NCBI GenBank assembly: GCA_900550145.1 | Contig: URRF01000001.1 | Location: forward strand, 19,886 to 83,885 | DNA: 64,000 nucleotides | Direction: 5' to 3' | Source: an uncultured Mollicutes bacterium | GTDB lineage: Bacteria; Bacillota_I; Bacilli_A; RF39; UBA660 | In this document: piece after piece, positions 1-9,061 of the stretch | Numbering within the stretch: position 1 is the stretch's first letter | How the letters are laid out: every line of letters begins with the position of its first letter | Notes under the pieces: model-generated | What the model was told of the DNA's origin: nothing | The model's input: the letters and a program-made list of their open reading frames with translations, nothing else | Database searches by the model: none | Translations under genes and position numbers: made by a program

Positions 1-84
1 AAGATTTTGCAGAATTAGTTTCTAATAATTCACTTAAACAACTTAAATCTATTATTAAAAAAGGAATTAAATATATTTATAATT

Positions 85-564
85 ATGATAAAAGACAAAG
101 AAATAAAGATTCTGGGAATCTTCAATATGACGAGACTATGCCTTACTGATTCAAGTAGAGGAAACAGAATAGTTGTTATGGAAGCTATTACTGAAGAACA
201 AGAAGCTCGTATCGATAAATCTAAACAATATTTTGGTGCTATACGTCATACTAAAGAAGATGGGCAAATTATTGACGGAAAAGATATATATGTTTATGGC
301 GAAATTAATTTCGGTAGTGAAGAAGATTGTAATATACTTAATCGCTTTCATTTGTTAGATAATGATAATAGTTTTGTTTATTCTGGTTTTAATTATGATA
401 AAGGAACTATTGTTTTAAAAGAAAATAAAGTTAAATGGTATCAAACTACTAATAATATTAAATGGCTTCAATTTAATCATTGTTTAATAGGTAAACCTCA
501 ACGTATTATTATTTATAAAGTTGATAAAAAGAAATTAGCCAATGTTAGACGTTCTGTTATATAA
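85..564 (+). CDS. hypothetical protein (159 aa)
   Basis: Long ORF in the co-directional, tightly packed + strand block. Ordinary amino-acid composition, no motif I recognise. Confidence 0.55.
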   Translation: MIKDKEIKILGIFNMTRLCLTDSSRGNRIVVMEAITEEQEARIDKSKQYFGAIRHTKEDGQIIDGKDIYVYGEINFGSEEDCNILNRFHLLDNDNSFVYSGFNYDKGTIVLKENKVKWYQTTNNIKWLQFNHCLIGKPQRIIIYKVDKKKLANVRRSVI

Positions 565-772
565 TTACGCTGTAGAAGTTATTATTGATGAAATTACTGA
601 ATTTTATTATTGTACTGATAATATAAATAATGCAAAAGAAGTTTTTAATAATAAACTTAAAAATTTTAATGGATTTGGTCGTTTTATAAAAAATCATATA
701 ATCGTTAAATTATATGATTTTGATAAAGATTGTAATATTGAATATTATGATAGTAGAGAAGAAAGAAGTTAA
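542..772 (+). CDS. hypothetical small protein (76 aa)
   Basis: Short ORF overlapping its neighbours by 23 and 59 nt. Composition is plausible, but the start and its reality are uncertain. Confidence 0.3.
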   Translation: MLDVLLYNYAVEVIIDEITEFYYCTDNINNAKEVFNNKLKNFNGFGRFIKNHIIVKLYDFDKDCNIEYYDSREERS

Positions 773-1358
773 TCCTAATACTTATGAAGAAATTAATATT
801 ATTATTAAAATAGAATATCCTAATATTGAGTATAACGATTGGAAAAGAACAAAAGAGTTTAATATAGATAATGATGTTTGTAATATTCTTGATAAAATAT
901 TAGCTAATCTTAATTGTAAAAGAGTTTATGAAGGAAAAAGAGTTATTATGACTACTTATCCTGTTTATCAAATGTTTATTAATGAATATTATTATTATCT
1001 TATTAAAATAAATAATCAATTTGTTTATAATAAATATTTTGATAAACTTATTAATTGTCATATAGATAATATTTTATTTGAAATTACAGATAATGCTATG
1101 CAAACTATTGTTAAACAATATCCAAAATCTAAAAGAAAACTTCCAGAAAATAAATTTATTAAATATACTACTATTGATATTTTTACTGGAAAAGAAACAT
1201 ATATTTATGAAAATCTTAGAACATTAGAAAAAATTAATGTCGATAATCCTAATTTACTTGAAGAATTAAATGCTCCTAAGAAAAAGAAAGTTAAAAAGAA
1301 AAAAGAAGTTGGAGTTCCTATTAGTTCTATGACTTTTAGTTTTAAAAAAGAAAAATAA
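714..1358 (+). CDS. hypothetical protein (214 aa; alternative start at 747)
   Basis: Long ORF with a lysine-rich C-terminus (PKKKKVKKKKE). The first 11 codons are hydrophobic and overlap the previous ORF, so Met12 (nt 747) may be the true start. Confidence 0.5.
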   Translation: MILIKIVILNIMIVEKKEVNPNTYEEINIIIKIEYPNIEYNDWKRTKEFNIDNDVCNILDKILANLNCKRVYEGKRVIMTTYPVYQMFINEYYYYLIKINNQFVYNKYFDKLINCHIDNILFEITDNAMQTIVKQYPKSKRKLPENKFIKYTTIDIFTGKETYIYENLRTLEKINVDNPNLLEELNAPKKKKVKKKKEVGVPISSMTFSFKKEK

Positions 1359-1365
1359 GTTATTT

Positions 1366-2592
1366 ATGTTACCATTCGATTATAATAAAGGTCTTTATAG
1401 ACGTAATAATTTTGGACAACCTTGTGTATGGTATGCTCGTCCTTTAGATTATAATTCTATTGAAGTTTTTCATGGTATTATAGGTAAAACTATTACTAAA
1501 GATATTATTTATATTAATAGAGAGCCAAGAGAGGAAATTACTTCTCGTATTAATGCTAAACTAAAAGTTGGATATAAAAATCTATGGGATATAAAAGATA
1601 ATGTTCAACTCCCCGTAGAGGGAGAACTATTATCATATCTTGATAAATATCTTCCTTTTAATCGTACTACTGCTGACGGTACTCTTTTGCCTATGCTTGC
1701 TAAAGTTTATGATAATACTAATAATAAACTTTTTAAAAAAGTAAGTAAGTATATTGGACAATATAAAATTAATGGTCTTCGTTGTTTTATTAGTGCTTAT
1801 CGTGATAATAACGATTTATTTGATGGAATAAAACTTAAATTTCAAAGTCGAGAAGGTACTTATTGGAATAGTTTACGTACTCTCGAAGTTTATCTTTTAA
1901 GTATATTTCCTAAGAAACTAATTGACGCTATGATTGAAGAACATTATATTCTTGATGGAGAATTATATCTTCCGGGTCATAGTGTTAATGAAATTAATCA
2001 TTTTGTTAAAGATCCTACTTGTAAAGAAAATAAACTTATTCAATTTTGGTGTTATGATATTGCTATTGATGATGTTGCTCAATATAATAGATTAGATTAT
2101 CTTTATACTATTATTGGAAATTATTATAATATATTTACTTCAAAAGAAGATCATCTTAATAATACAAATAGACTTGTTGTAATTCCTCAATATAATATTT
2201 GTAATGAAAATGTTGCTTATGAACGTAGAAATAGATTTATTGATTTAGGTTTTGAAGGTTTAATTATGCGTAATCCTGAAGCGGAATATCAATATGGTAA
2301 ACGTAATCTTAGTATGATTAAATATAAGAAATCTACTGATGGTAAATTTACTATTATCGATATTTATCCAGAAGGTATTAAACGTAAAGATATTCCTTTA
2401 TTTTTACTTCGTAATGATATAAATAATGAAACTTTTGAAGTTCATCTTGGTGGTTCTTTTAGTTATCAAAAATATGTTTTAGATAATAAAGAATATTTTA
2501 TTGGAAAAGAAATGTTTGTTGAATATGGAGAAAGAAGTGGTGTAAATCAAGTTCCTTTTCATGTTAAGAAAACTTATATTATTGATAAATAA
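1366..2592 (+). CDS. ATP-dependent DNA ligase-like nucleotidyltransferase (408 aa)
   Basis: Ordered covalent-nucleotidyltransferase motifs: motif I-like KINGLR (nt 1765-1782; N replaces the usual D of KxDGxR), motif III-like ILDGELY, motif IV-like EGLIMR, motif V-like MIKYKK. A C-terminal OB-like region follows. Carries one copy of the GC-rich motif (VQLPVEG). Confidence 0.6.
   Translation: MLPFDYNKGLYRRNNFGQPCVWYARPLDYNSIEVFHGIIGKTITKDIIYINREPREEITSRINAKLKVGYKNLWDIKDNVQLPVEGELLSYLDKYLPFNRTTADGTLLPMLAKVYDNTNNKLFKKVSKYIGQYKINGLRCFISAYRDNNDLFDGIKLKFQSREGTYWNSLRTLEVYLLSIFPKKLIDAMIEEHYILDGELYLPGHSVNEINHFVKDPTCKENKLIQFWCYDIAIDDVAQYNRLDYLYTIIGNYYNIFTSKEDHLNNTNRLVVIPQYNICNENVAYERRNRFIDLGFEGLIMRNPEAEYQYGKRNLSMIKYKKSTDGKFTIIDIYPEGIKRKDIPLFLLRNDINNETFEVHLGGSFSYQKYVLDNKEYFIGKEMFVEYGERSGVNQVPFHVKKTYIIDK
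1603..1622 (-). repeat. GC-rich motif copy (GTTCAACTCCCCGTAGAGGG)
   Basis: Exact 10-mer CCCCGTAGAG at 1611-1620, inside the ligase-like gene. Sense reading VQLPVEG. Confidence 0.9.
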
Positions 2593-2595
2593 TTT

Positions 2596-2949
2596 ATGAG
2601 TATTTATAATTATGAAATAATTAATCCTGTTACAAATATTAAAAAACCATTTTATGATTTTAAACGTAAATTATTGTTTTTTCCTGTAAATGGAAGTAGT
2701 TATCGTTATTATGTTGAAGTTGCAAGAAATAACAAAGATACTTTTGTAAGAGAGTATTATGTTTTACTTAGTGATAGAAAATTTGATGATAATTGTAGAA
2801 TTTGTCATGTTGATAATTATGGAAGATGTCAAATTAATCCAAGAGGAGAAATTAAAGATTACGTTATTCAAGAAACTAAATATCGAGGAAATATTGAAAT
2901 AGAATATGTTGAAAGTGAAAAAGATTATGATGTCTTTGCTATTATTTAG
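2596..2949 (+). CDS. hypothetical protein (117 aa)
   Basis: ORF starts 4 nt after the ligase-like stop and is followed by an intrinsic terminator. No recognisable motif. Confidence 0.55.
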   Translation: MSIYNYEIINPVTNIKKPFYDFKRKLLFFPVNGSSYRYYVEVARNNKDTFVREYYVLLSDRKFDDNCRICHVDNYGRCQINPRGEIKDYVIQETKYRGNIEIEYVESEKDYDVFAII

Positions 2950-2961
2950 TGTATTAGTTAT

Positions 2962-2995
2962 AGTGGAAGTATTTGTAGTGCTTCCACTTTTTTTG
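2962..2995 (+). terminator. rho-independent terminator closing the first + strand operon
   Basis: 8-bp stem AGTGGAAG (2962-2969) / CTTCCACT (2981-2988) with an 11-nt loop, followed by a T7 run. Lies 13 nt after the stop at 2949. Confidence 0.7.
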
Positions 2996-3034
2996 TTATT
3001 ATAGCTTACTTTCTCGTATAAAATGCCAATAAAT

Positions 3035-3048
3035 AGCTGTTTTTAGCT
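3035..3048. promoter_or_regulatory. AGCT-N6-AGCT intergenic mini-palindrome, copy M1 (AGCTGTTTTTAGCT, followed by CTATATTGAATT)
   Basis: One of nine copies, all intergenic. M1 and M6 are near-identical over about 21 nt. Located in the 243-nt gap upstream of the 3193 operon. Confidence 0.45.
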
Positions 3049-3112
3049 CTATATTGAATTATGTTATACTAAGTGATAAATAGTTCAATGTAATATCTAA
3101 ATAGCTAAAAAT

Positions 3113-3126
3113 AGCTTTATATCGAG
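3113..3126. promoter_or_regulatory. AGCT-N6-AGCT mini-palindrome, copy M2 (AGCTAAAAATAGCT, followed by TTATATCG)
   Basis: 5-bp arms AGCTA/TAGCT around AAAA. Lies 78 nt from M1 in opposite core polarity and about 65 nt upstream of the ATG at 3193. Confidence 0.45.
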
Positions 3127-3192
3127 TCAAAATAATTAATATATTTCAGAAAAATATTATATATTTGTATTAAAAATAATAAAGTTACTTAT

Positions 3193-3444
3193 ATGAATAA
3201 TAAAGATTTTTCAGATTATATTAGAAGCATAGAAGCTCTTGATGAAAATATTGATAAAGCTGAGATGTATGCTAAAAGCATTTATCATCTTGAAGCCATT
3301 AGAAATAGTATCAATAATCCTGAAGGAAGTTTAGTTATGTGGAAAAATAATCTTGAATTAATTGCTGTTACTGAAATGCGAAACGCTGTTACAAATCTTA
3401 TTGGTACTTTAAAAACAGGATTAAGTTCGTTATTAAAAGAATAA
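3193..3444 (+). CDS. hypothetical protein (83 aa)
   Basis: First ORF after the large intergenic region. Helical, charged composition. Confidence 0.5.
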   Translation: MNNKDFSDYIRSIEALDENIDKAEMYAKSIYHLEAIRNSINNPEGSLVMWKNNLELIAVTEMRNAVTNLIGTLKTGLSSLLKE

Positions 3445-3454
3445 ATATTTTTAT

Positions 3455-4207
3455 ATGAAAGAATGTATTATTGGTATAGCAGGTTGTAAAAATTCTGGTA
3501 AAGATACTGTTGCAAGTATGATTAACTATATATTTGCAACAGGTATTACTCGTTCTAATTATGCGGATTATGTTATAAGGAGAAAAAGTATAAATATTTC
3601 TCATAAAGATAGAATTGTTCATTTTGCTGATAACATGAAAGATGTTATGAGTATTATTTTTAGTATTCCTCGTTTTGCTTTTGACAATAGAGTAAAAAAA
3701 GATAGCGAATATTGGGATTATTTTAATAATAAATTTGTTACTTTTGGAGAAGTATTAAGAGATAAAAATTATATTATATTTGATAATGTTATTGATAAAA
3801 ATTTAAATGATTTAATACAACATTGTTCTGCTAAAAAACAAAGTCTTTATATTAAACTTAGAGCACTTATGCAATATTTTGGTACTGATATTTGTCGTAA
3901 TCATATAGATAATAATATTTGGATAAATTCTACAATGTCTAAAGCTATAAATATTGCTATAAATAGAACATTATGTATTATACCAGATGTTAGATTTTCT
4001 AATGAAGCTAATGCTATTCGTAATAATAGTAAACTCTTCTACGGGGGATTGATTAAAATCAATCGTGATAATATTGATAAAGATGATCATAGTAGCGAAG
4101 ATATTTATTTTAATGCTGATTTTGAAATAGATAATAATGGAAATTTAATGCAATTATTTTATAAAGTTTTACATATATGTCAGAAAATAAAAGAGGTATT
4201 GCTTTAG
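3455..4207 (+). CDS. P-loop kinase, deoxynucleoside-monophosphate-kinase-like (250 aa)
   Basis: N-terminal Walker A IGIAGCKNSGKDTVA closely resembles the GxxxSGKDT N-terminus of phage dNMP kinases (T4 gp1 type). Sits in a nucleotide-metabolism neighbourhood (ThyX-like, dUTPase). Carries one GC-rich motif copy (LFYGG). Confidence 0.5.
   Translation: MKECIIGIAGCKNSGKDTVASMINYIFATGITRSNYADYVIRRKSINISHKDRIVHFADNMKDVMSIIFSIPRFAFDNRVKKDSEYWDYFNNKFVTFGEVLRDKNYIIFDNVIDKNLNDLIQHCSAKKQSLYIKLRALMQYFGTDICRNHIDNNIWINSTMSKAINIAINRTLCIIPDVRFSNEANAIRNNSKLFYGGLIKINRDNIDKDDHSSEDIYFNADFEIDNNGNLMQLFYKVLHICQKIKEVLL
4037..4051 (+). repeat. GC-rich motif copy, one mismatch (TTCTACGGGGGATTG)
   Basis: Inside the dNMP-kinase-like gene. 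Sense reading FYGGL. Confidence 0.8.
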
Positions 4208-4563
4208 TACACGAAATTTGTCCTATTTGTGATAAACCTATGAATGAACAAATACTTATGAATACTGTATTTAGTAAAAAATATGCTAAAGAAATAGAAA
4301 ATATGCATGGTAAAGCTATTGGATATAGTAAAACCGCCTGTGAAAATTGTACAGAATATAAAGATAAAGTTGTATTTTGTATTGCTATTGATGAAAATAA
4401 GAGTGAACCAAATAATCCTTATCGTATTGGTCAAATAAGTGGAATTAAAAAAGATTTTAAATTATTTACTGATAATCCTAATTTTATTCTTAAAACAAAT
4501 AATAACGTTTCTTTTTGTTTTATAGAAGAAAATTTTAGAAAACAAATAGGAATTTTTAAATAA
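4177..4563 (+). CDS. zinc-ribbon protein (128 aa)
   Basis: Two Cys pairs, CPICDKP and CENCTEY, about 45 aa apart. Overlaps the previous gene by 31 nt. Confidence 0.5.
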   Translation: MSENKRGIALVHEICPICDKPMNEQILMNTVFSKKYAKEIENMHGKAIGYSKTACENCTEYKDKVVFCIAIDENKSEPNNPYRIGQISGIKKDFKLFTDNPNFILKTNNNVSFCFIEENFRKQIGIFK

Positions 4564-4569
4564 ATTAAT

Positions 4570-5454
4570 ATGAAAATTGTTGAACCTTTTGTAGAACTTT
4601 GGAAACAAGGTGATGATGTTAAAGCTCATGTTGCTAAATGTGCAAGAGTTTGTTATGGTAAAGAAAGTGGTAATGATAATGTCACTATTAATACTTTACT
4701 TAAAAAACATCATTGGAGTATGTTTAGACATGAAAGCGTTTATGTTATAGGAGAATTTACAAGCAGACTTGTTATTGCTTTAGAAAGATATTCTAATAAT
4801 CCTTATATAAAATGGACTTATTATAATAATAAATTATATATTGTTACTAATGGTAATTTTTGTTTAGATTTAAAAGAATGTCAAGAAGTAAATGCTCATG
4901 CTCAAATTCTTCTTACTTATATTAATTATTATAGAGTATCTGAAGATACTTTCTTTAATGATGAAGTAGGTTATAATATGATGAGATATACTTTTTGTGT
5001 TATTACTCAAATTAGTACTTCAAGAGAACTTAATCGTGTTAGCCCTAATAATATTGCGGAAAGAAGTACAAGGTATGTTTATGAAGATGGAAGTGTTTGT
5101 AGTCCTCATTGGTTAAAAGATTATCTTATTTATAAAGATATTAATGGAAAATATTATGTATATAAAGATAATAAATTAGATGAAGATGTTAATCATAAAG
5201 TATATAGTTTTATAAAATCTTGTGATGATAGTTTTAAAAATTATGAATATCTTGTAAAAGCTGGATTACATAAACAAGATGCTCGTGGAGTTCTTCCTCT
5301 TGATACTGCTACAAAATGTATATATACTTATTCTATCGATGAATGGAGACATATTATAAAACTTAGAACAGATAAAGCTGCTCACCCTAATGCACAAATA
5401 ATTGCTAATATGATTAAAAAAGAACTTGAAGGATTAGGTTACGAATTTAATTAA
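4570..5454 (+). CDS. thyX: flavin-dependent thymidylate synthase (ThyX)-like protein, divergent signature (294 aa)
   Basis: ELNRVSPNNIAERSTRYV (nt 5026-5079) aligns residue-for-residue with the ThyX signature E-L-x-R-H-R-x7-S-x-R-Y-V, but RHR is replaced by RVS. The C-terminal DARGVLPL...WRHIIKLRTDKAAHPNAQ matches the ThyX ARxxLP...LR...AQxEI region. Confidence 0.55.
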   Translation: MKIVEPFVELWKQGDDVKAHVAKCARVCYGKESGNDNVTINTLLKKHHWSMFRHESVYVIGEFTSRLVIALERYSNNPYIKWTYYNNKLYIVTNGNFCLDLKECQEVNAHAQILLTYINYYRVSEDTFFNDEVGYNMMRYTFCVITQISTSRELNRVSPNNIAERSTRYVYEDGSVCSPHWLKDYLIYKDINGKYYVYKDNKLDEDVNHKVYSFIKSCDDSFKNYEYLVKAGLHKQDARGVLPLDTATKCIYTYSIDEWRHIIKLRTDKAAHPNAQIIANMIKKELEGLGYEFN

Positions 5455-5457
5455 ACT

Positions 5458-5781
5458 ATGGAATATAAAAATATTATTAATATTAAAATAAAAGATTTTC
5501 AATTAACTGAAAATAATACTTATAAATGTCTTAATAAACAATTTGTAGATACTGAACATTTATATGTTTTTGATTATAATAGAGGAAAAATATTTCATAT
5601 AGATGTTCCTATAAATACTCAAAATGAAGATATTCCTAATATTTTAGAAGAATATGGTCTTAAAGAATCTGAATGTAATTATATGATTACTGAATATCCT
5701 TGTAAAATAATAAATTTAACTTATGAAGATAAAATTGTTAGTAAAGAAAATAAAACACAAGATAATAAAGTTTCTATATAA
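5458..5781 (+). CDS. hypothetical protein (107 aa)
   Basis: ORF starting 4 nt after the ThyX-like stop. No recognisable motif. Confidence 0.5.
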   Translation: MEYKNIINIKIKDFQLTENNTYKCLNKQFVDTEHLYVFDYNRGKIFHIDVPINTQNEDIPNILEEYGLKESECNYMITEYPCKIINLTYEDKIVSKENKTQDNKVSI

Positions 5782-6511
5782 TTATTTTAAAAAGATTTAT
5801 ATTAGAAATATAAATATTGCTGATAATGAAATTCTTCAATATGCTCATAATGAACTTACTATTGCTGGACATAATAAAAATTCTAAATATTATAATGATA
5901 TAATAGAGGTTATTATTGATATAAATAAAAATAATAATATTAATTCATCTATTAAACATAATATTTCTATTATTAATAAATTATGCGATAAAGTTCCAAT
6001 TACTCCTTTAACTTTAAATGAAGATGAATTTGAACAAAGTATTGTTTCTAAAATACTATATATAAATAAAAGATATAATAAAATTTATAAATATCTTAAT
6101 AAAATGTGTTTTACTAATGCTTATTCTATATCTCCACAATATATTTTATCTACTAAAACAAAAAAACTTTTTCCTTTTAGTACAGATTTATCTTGGAAAA
6201 GTGATGTATTTGAAACTAAACAAGGAATTTTAACTGGTAGATATTTTAATACTTGTTACATAAAAGAATGTCAAATTAAATCTGGTTATTATATCCCTTT
6301 TAATACTATTAAATTAAAAGGTGTTAAAGTTGAAATCAAAGAGTTTATATATATAATGGCTATAGATTGTGAAAATGACGATTTAATTAGACTTTCTAAT
6401 TTATATGATATTGATTGGAAAAATTGTTTTTGTATGAAAGATATTCGTCTTGAAGATGTTACTCCTGAACTTGAAAAAAGAGCTTTTGAAGAAATTGAAA
6501 ATAATAAATAA
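5723..6511 (+). CDS. hypothetical protein, paralog A of the 7287-8015 product (262 aa)
   Basis: Shares collinear blocks with the 242-aa ORF: ITPLTLNEDEF vs LSPLTLKDDEF, and ILTGRYFNTCYIKE vs VVTGEYISTCEIRE. Overlaps the previous ORF by 59 nt. Confidence 0.55.
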   Translation: MKIKLLVKKIKHKIIKFLYNYFKKIYIRNINIADNEILQYAHNELTIAGHNKNSKYYNDIIEVIIDINKNNNINSSIKHNISIINKLCDKVPITPLTLNEDEFEQSIVSKILYINKRYNKIYKYLNKMCFTNAYSISPQYILSTKTKKLFPFSTDLSWKSDVFETKQGILTGRYFNTCYIKECQIKSGYYIPFNTIKLKGVKVEIKEFIYIMAIDCENDDLIRLSNLYDIDWKNCFCMKDIRLEDVTPELEKRAFEEIENNK

Positions 6512-6520
6512 TAAATAAAT

Positions 6521-7285
6521 ATGAGTAGTTTATATAATATATCTAATGATATTCTTAGTATATTTAACGAAGTTGAACAAGCAGAAGGTGAAATTACTGA
6601 TGAACAATATGATGAACTTTGTATTAAACAAGAAGAACTTAAAGAAAAACTTGATAGTTATGTAAAAGCTATTAAAGTTTGGCAAGTTGATGAACAAGCT
6701 CTTAAAGACGAAAAGAAACGATTTAATGATAGACAAAATGTTTATAAAAATCGTATTGAACGTCTTAAAAAAGCAATGCTTGAAGCTGTTATTAATTTTG
6801 GAGAAACAGGTAAAAATAATAAGTTTATTGAACTCCCTAACGTTAGAATATTTACCAAAAATACTCAAAGTGTTGAATTTAATGAACCTCGAATAAATAT
6901 ATTAATTAATAAATTTAGAGATTTAATTAGAGAACTTGTTCAACAAGGAATTTTATATACAGGAGAAGATGTTGATTTAATAGGTATATTAGATAGTATT
7001 AATGCTCAATGTATCGCTGAATATGGAGAAGATTTTTCTCCTTTTAGCATATCTGATTTAGAGTATTTAACTATTAATATTTCTTATAGTAATACTATTG
7101 GTGAATTATTAAGAAATAATCCTGATATTCTTAATCATATTGGAAAAGATATGTTTAATACTGAAATTACTAATGGAACATCTAAAGATGAAATTAAAAA
7201 TGTTATAAATGTTTGTTCAAAATTAGAACAAGATCAACCTACTGTCGCCATAATAGTAAATAATCAATCTATTCAATTTAAATAA
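6521..7285 (+). CDS. Gp157-like protein (254 aa)
   Basis: The N-terminal 90 aa (LYNISNDILSIFNEVEQAEGEITDEQYDEL...EKLDSYVKAIK...LKDEKKRFNDRQ...ERLKKAM) follow the pattern I associate with the Siphovirus Gp157 family. This is memory-based and not searched. Confidence 0.45.
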   Translation: MSSLYNISNDILSIFNEVEQAEGEITDEQYDELCIKQEELKEKLDSYVKAIKVWQVDEQALKDEKKRFNDRQNVYKNRIERLKKAMLEAVINFGETGKNNKFIELPNVRIFTKNTQSVEFNEPRINILINKFRDLIRELVQQGILYTGEDVDLIGILDSINAQCIAEYGEDFSPFSISDLEYLTINISYSNTIGELLRNNPDILNHIGKDMFNTEITNGTSKDEIKNVINVCSKLEQDQPTVAIIVNNQSIQFK

Positions 7286-7286
7286 T

Positions 7287-8015
7287 ATGTTGGGAGAATT
7301 ATATAAAATTAATAATAATGAAACTGGTTTTTCTTATGTGCTTAAACGAGAAGCTAATATAATATTAAATAAAATAGATAAAAATAATCCTACTTTTCAT
7401 TATCGAAAAGAATATTTTGATAATATTCTTAATATTTGTAAAGCCATAGATGAAATAAAACCAGAATCTGATGATGAAATAAAAGATATAATGGATACTA
7501 TTAATAAACTTTATACTACTGGTTTATTATCTCCTTTAACTTTAAAAGATGATGAATTTGCAACAGCAAGTAATTCTAATTATAAAAATAATATTCGTTA
7601 TCCTTTTATTTTAAAGAGTGTTGGCGATGGTAAAATAATAAATAATAACGCATATAAAGCTAAAATTTATAATATATATAGTCATGATATTATGGCTAAA
7701 GTATTTGAAAATGAACCAGATATTTGTTATAATCCTACTATTTTTATTAACAAAGGTGGAGTTGTTACAGGAGAATATATTTCTACATGTGAAATACGAG
7801 AAGATGTTGTAAATAAACATAATTATACTATTCAAAGCATTATTAATATTCCTTGTTCTCTTATTTTAGATAACGGTGATAGAATTATTACTGTTGACCA
7901 TCGTGAACCTAAACTTAAAGTTTTAAAAGATTTTTATGAAGTTTATTTTAAGTTTGATAAAAGTATTCATGATAGAAAATATGATATTCGTAAATATGCA
8001 AAAATGTTAGCGTAA
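7287..8015 (+). CDS. hypothetical protein, paralog B of the 5723-6511 product (242 aa)
   Basis: See paralog A. Tightly packed: starts 2 nt after the previous stop, and its last base is also the first base of the next gene's ATG. Confidence 0.55.
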   Translation: MLGELYKINNNETGFSYVLKREANIILNKIDKNNPTFHYRKEYFDNILNICKAIDEIKPESDDEIKDIMDTINKLYTTGLLSPLTLKDDEFATASNSNYKNNIRYPFILKSVGDGKIINNNAYKAKIYNIYSHDIMAKVFENEPDICYNPTIFINKGGVVTGEYISTCEIREDVVNKHNYTIQSIINIPCSLILDNGDRIITVDHREPKLKVLKDFYEVYFKFDKSIHDRKYDIRKYAKMLA

Positions 8016-9037
8016 TGAGTAGATATATTGTTAAAGGTGTTCCATTTAGAACTAAAGGTGCAGTCAATGTTGAAGACTGCACTACTTCTGAAGAAGTTAT
8101 TAAAAAAGCTGGTTTAGATTGGAGTGTTGATAAATGTTATATTTATGCAGCTATGTTATCTAATATTAAAGATAGTTTTAATGAAGGTGGTATAGATTAT
8201 GCTCCTATAGATAATACTTATGGTATTTATCGTACTGATAAAAATATTCCATTAGGAATAGTTAAAGGTAGATATACAACTGTTCAAAATATTGATGCTT
8301 TTAAATTCTTTGACAAAGCTATTGGCAAAAATAAAGCTATTTGGCAAACAGCTGGAGCTTTTGATCAAGGTCAAAGAATATTTGTTAGTGCTAAATTACC
8401 TAATAATATTTTTGTTAAAAACGATGTTGTAGATAATTATCTTGTATTTACTACTTCTCATGATGGTTCTACTGGAGTTAAAATATTACTAACGCCTATA
8501 AGAGTTGTATGCGAAAATACTCTTAATGCTGCAATTAGAAATGCTGAAAGTTATGTCAGTTTTAGACATACTAAATCTGTTCATAATAATATAGATATTG
8601 CTGATGAAATATTAGGTATTACTAAATCTAAGATTAATTTTCTTAATGAAGTATATAATCATATGTATAAAAGTACTATAAAAGATGAAGAAGTACAAAG
8701 TTTCTTTGGTAAAGTAGTTTTTACTGATGATGAATATAGTAGAATTTATCAAACTGGACACAATATTCAACAAGTTATTATGAGAGATTTTTCTGCAATA
8801 AATGACGCTGAAATTAGTATGAAAAAAGTTAATGTAGTTGCAGAAATGAATAATTATTATTATAATGGTATTGGTCAAAAAGAAATAATTAATACTAAAT
8901 GGGGTGCTTATAATGCAGTTACCGGCTATTATTCTAATATAGATAATAGTGATGGTCTTAAACGTATGGATTCTATTCTTTATGGCAGTAAAGCTAAAAA
9001 GATAGAACTTGCTGGTAATATATTAATGAATATGTAA
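8015..9037 (+). CDS. DUF932/DUF945-like phage-plasmid protein (340 aa)
   Basis: Central FTTSHDGSTGVKILLTPIRVVCENTL matches the SHDGS...P.RVVC.NTL core typical of DUF932 proteins. Confidence 0.6.
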   Translation: MSRYIVKGVPFRTKGAVNVEDCTTSEEVIKKAGLDWSVDKCYIYAAMLSNIKDSFNEGGIDYAPIDNTYGIYRTDKNIPLGIVKGRYTTVQNIDAFKFFDKAIGKNKAIWQTAGAFDQGQRIFVSAKLPNNIFVKNDVVDNYLVFTTSHDGSTGVKILLTPIRVVCENTLNAAIRNAESYVSFRHTKSVHNNIDIADEILGITKSKINFLNEVYNHMYKSTIKDEEVQSFFGKVVFTDDEYSRIYQTGHNIQQVIMRDFSAINDAEISMKKVNVVAEMNNYYYNGIGQKEIINTKWGAYNAVTGYYSNIDNSDGLKRMDSILYGSKAKKIELAGNILMNM

Positions 9038-9061
9038 CAATCTTTTAACAATAAAATTAAA

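Noticed and set aside
150-160. Additional partial hits to the GC-rich motif (AGTAGAGG at about 153, TGTAGAGC at about 36923, ATAGGGGATTT at about 17672).
   Set aside because: Matches of only 6-7 nt are expected several times by chance in this window. I did not count them as motif copies.
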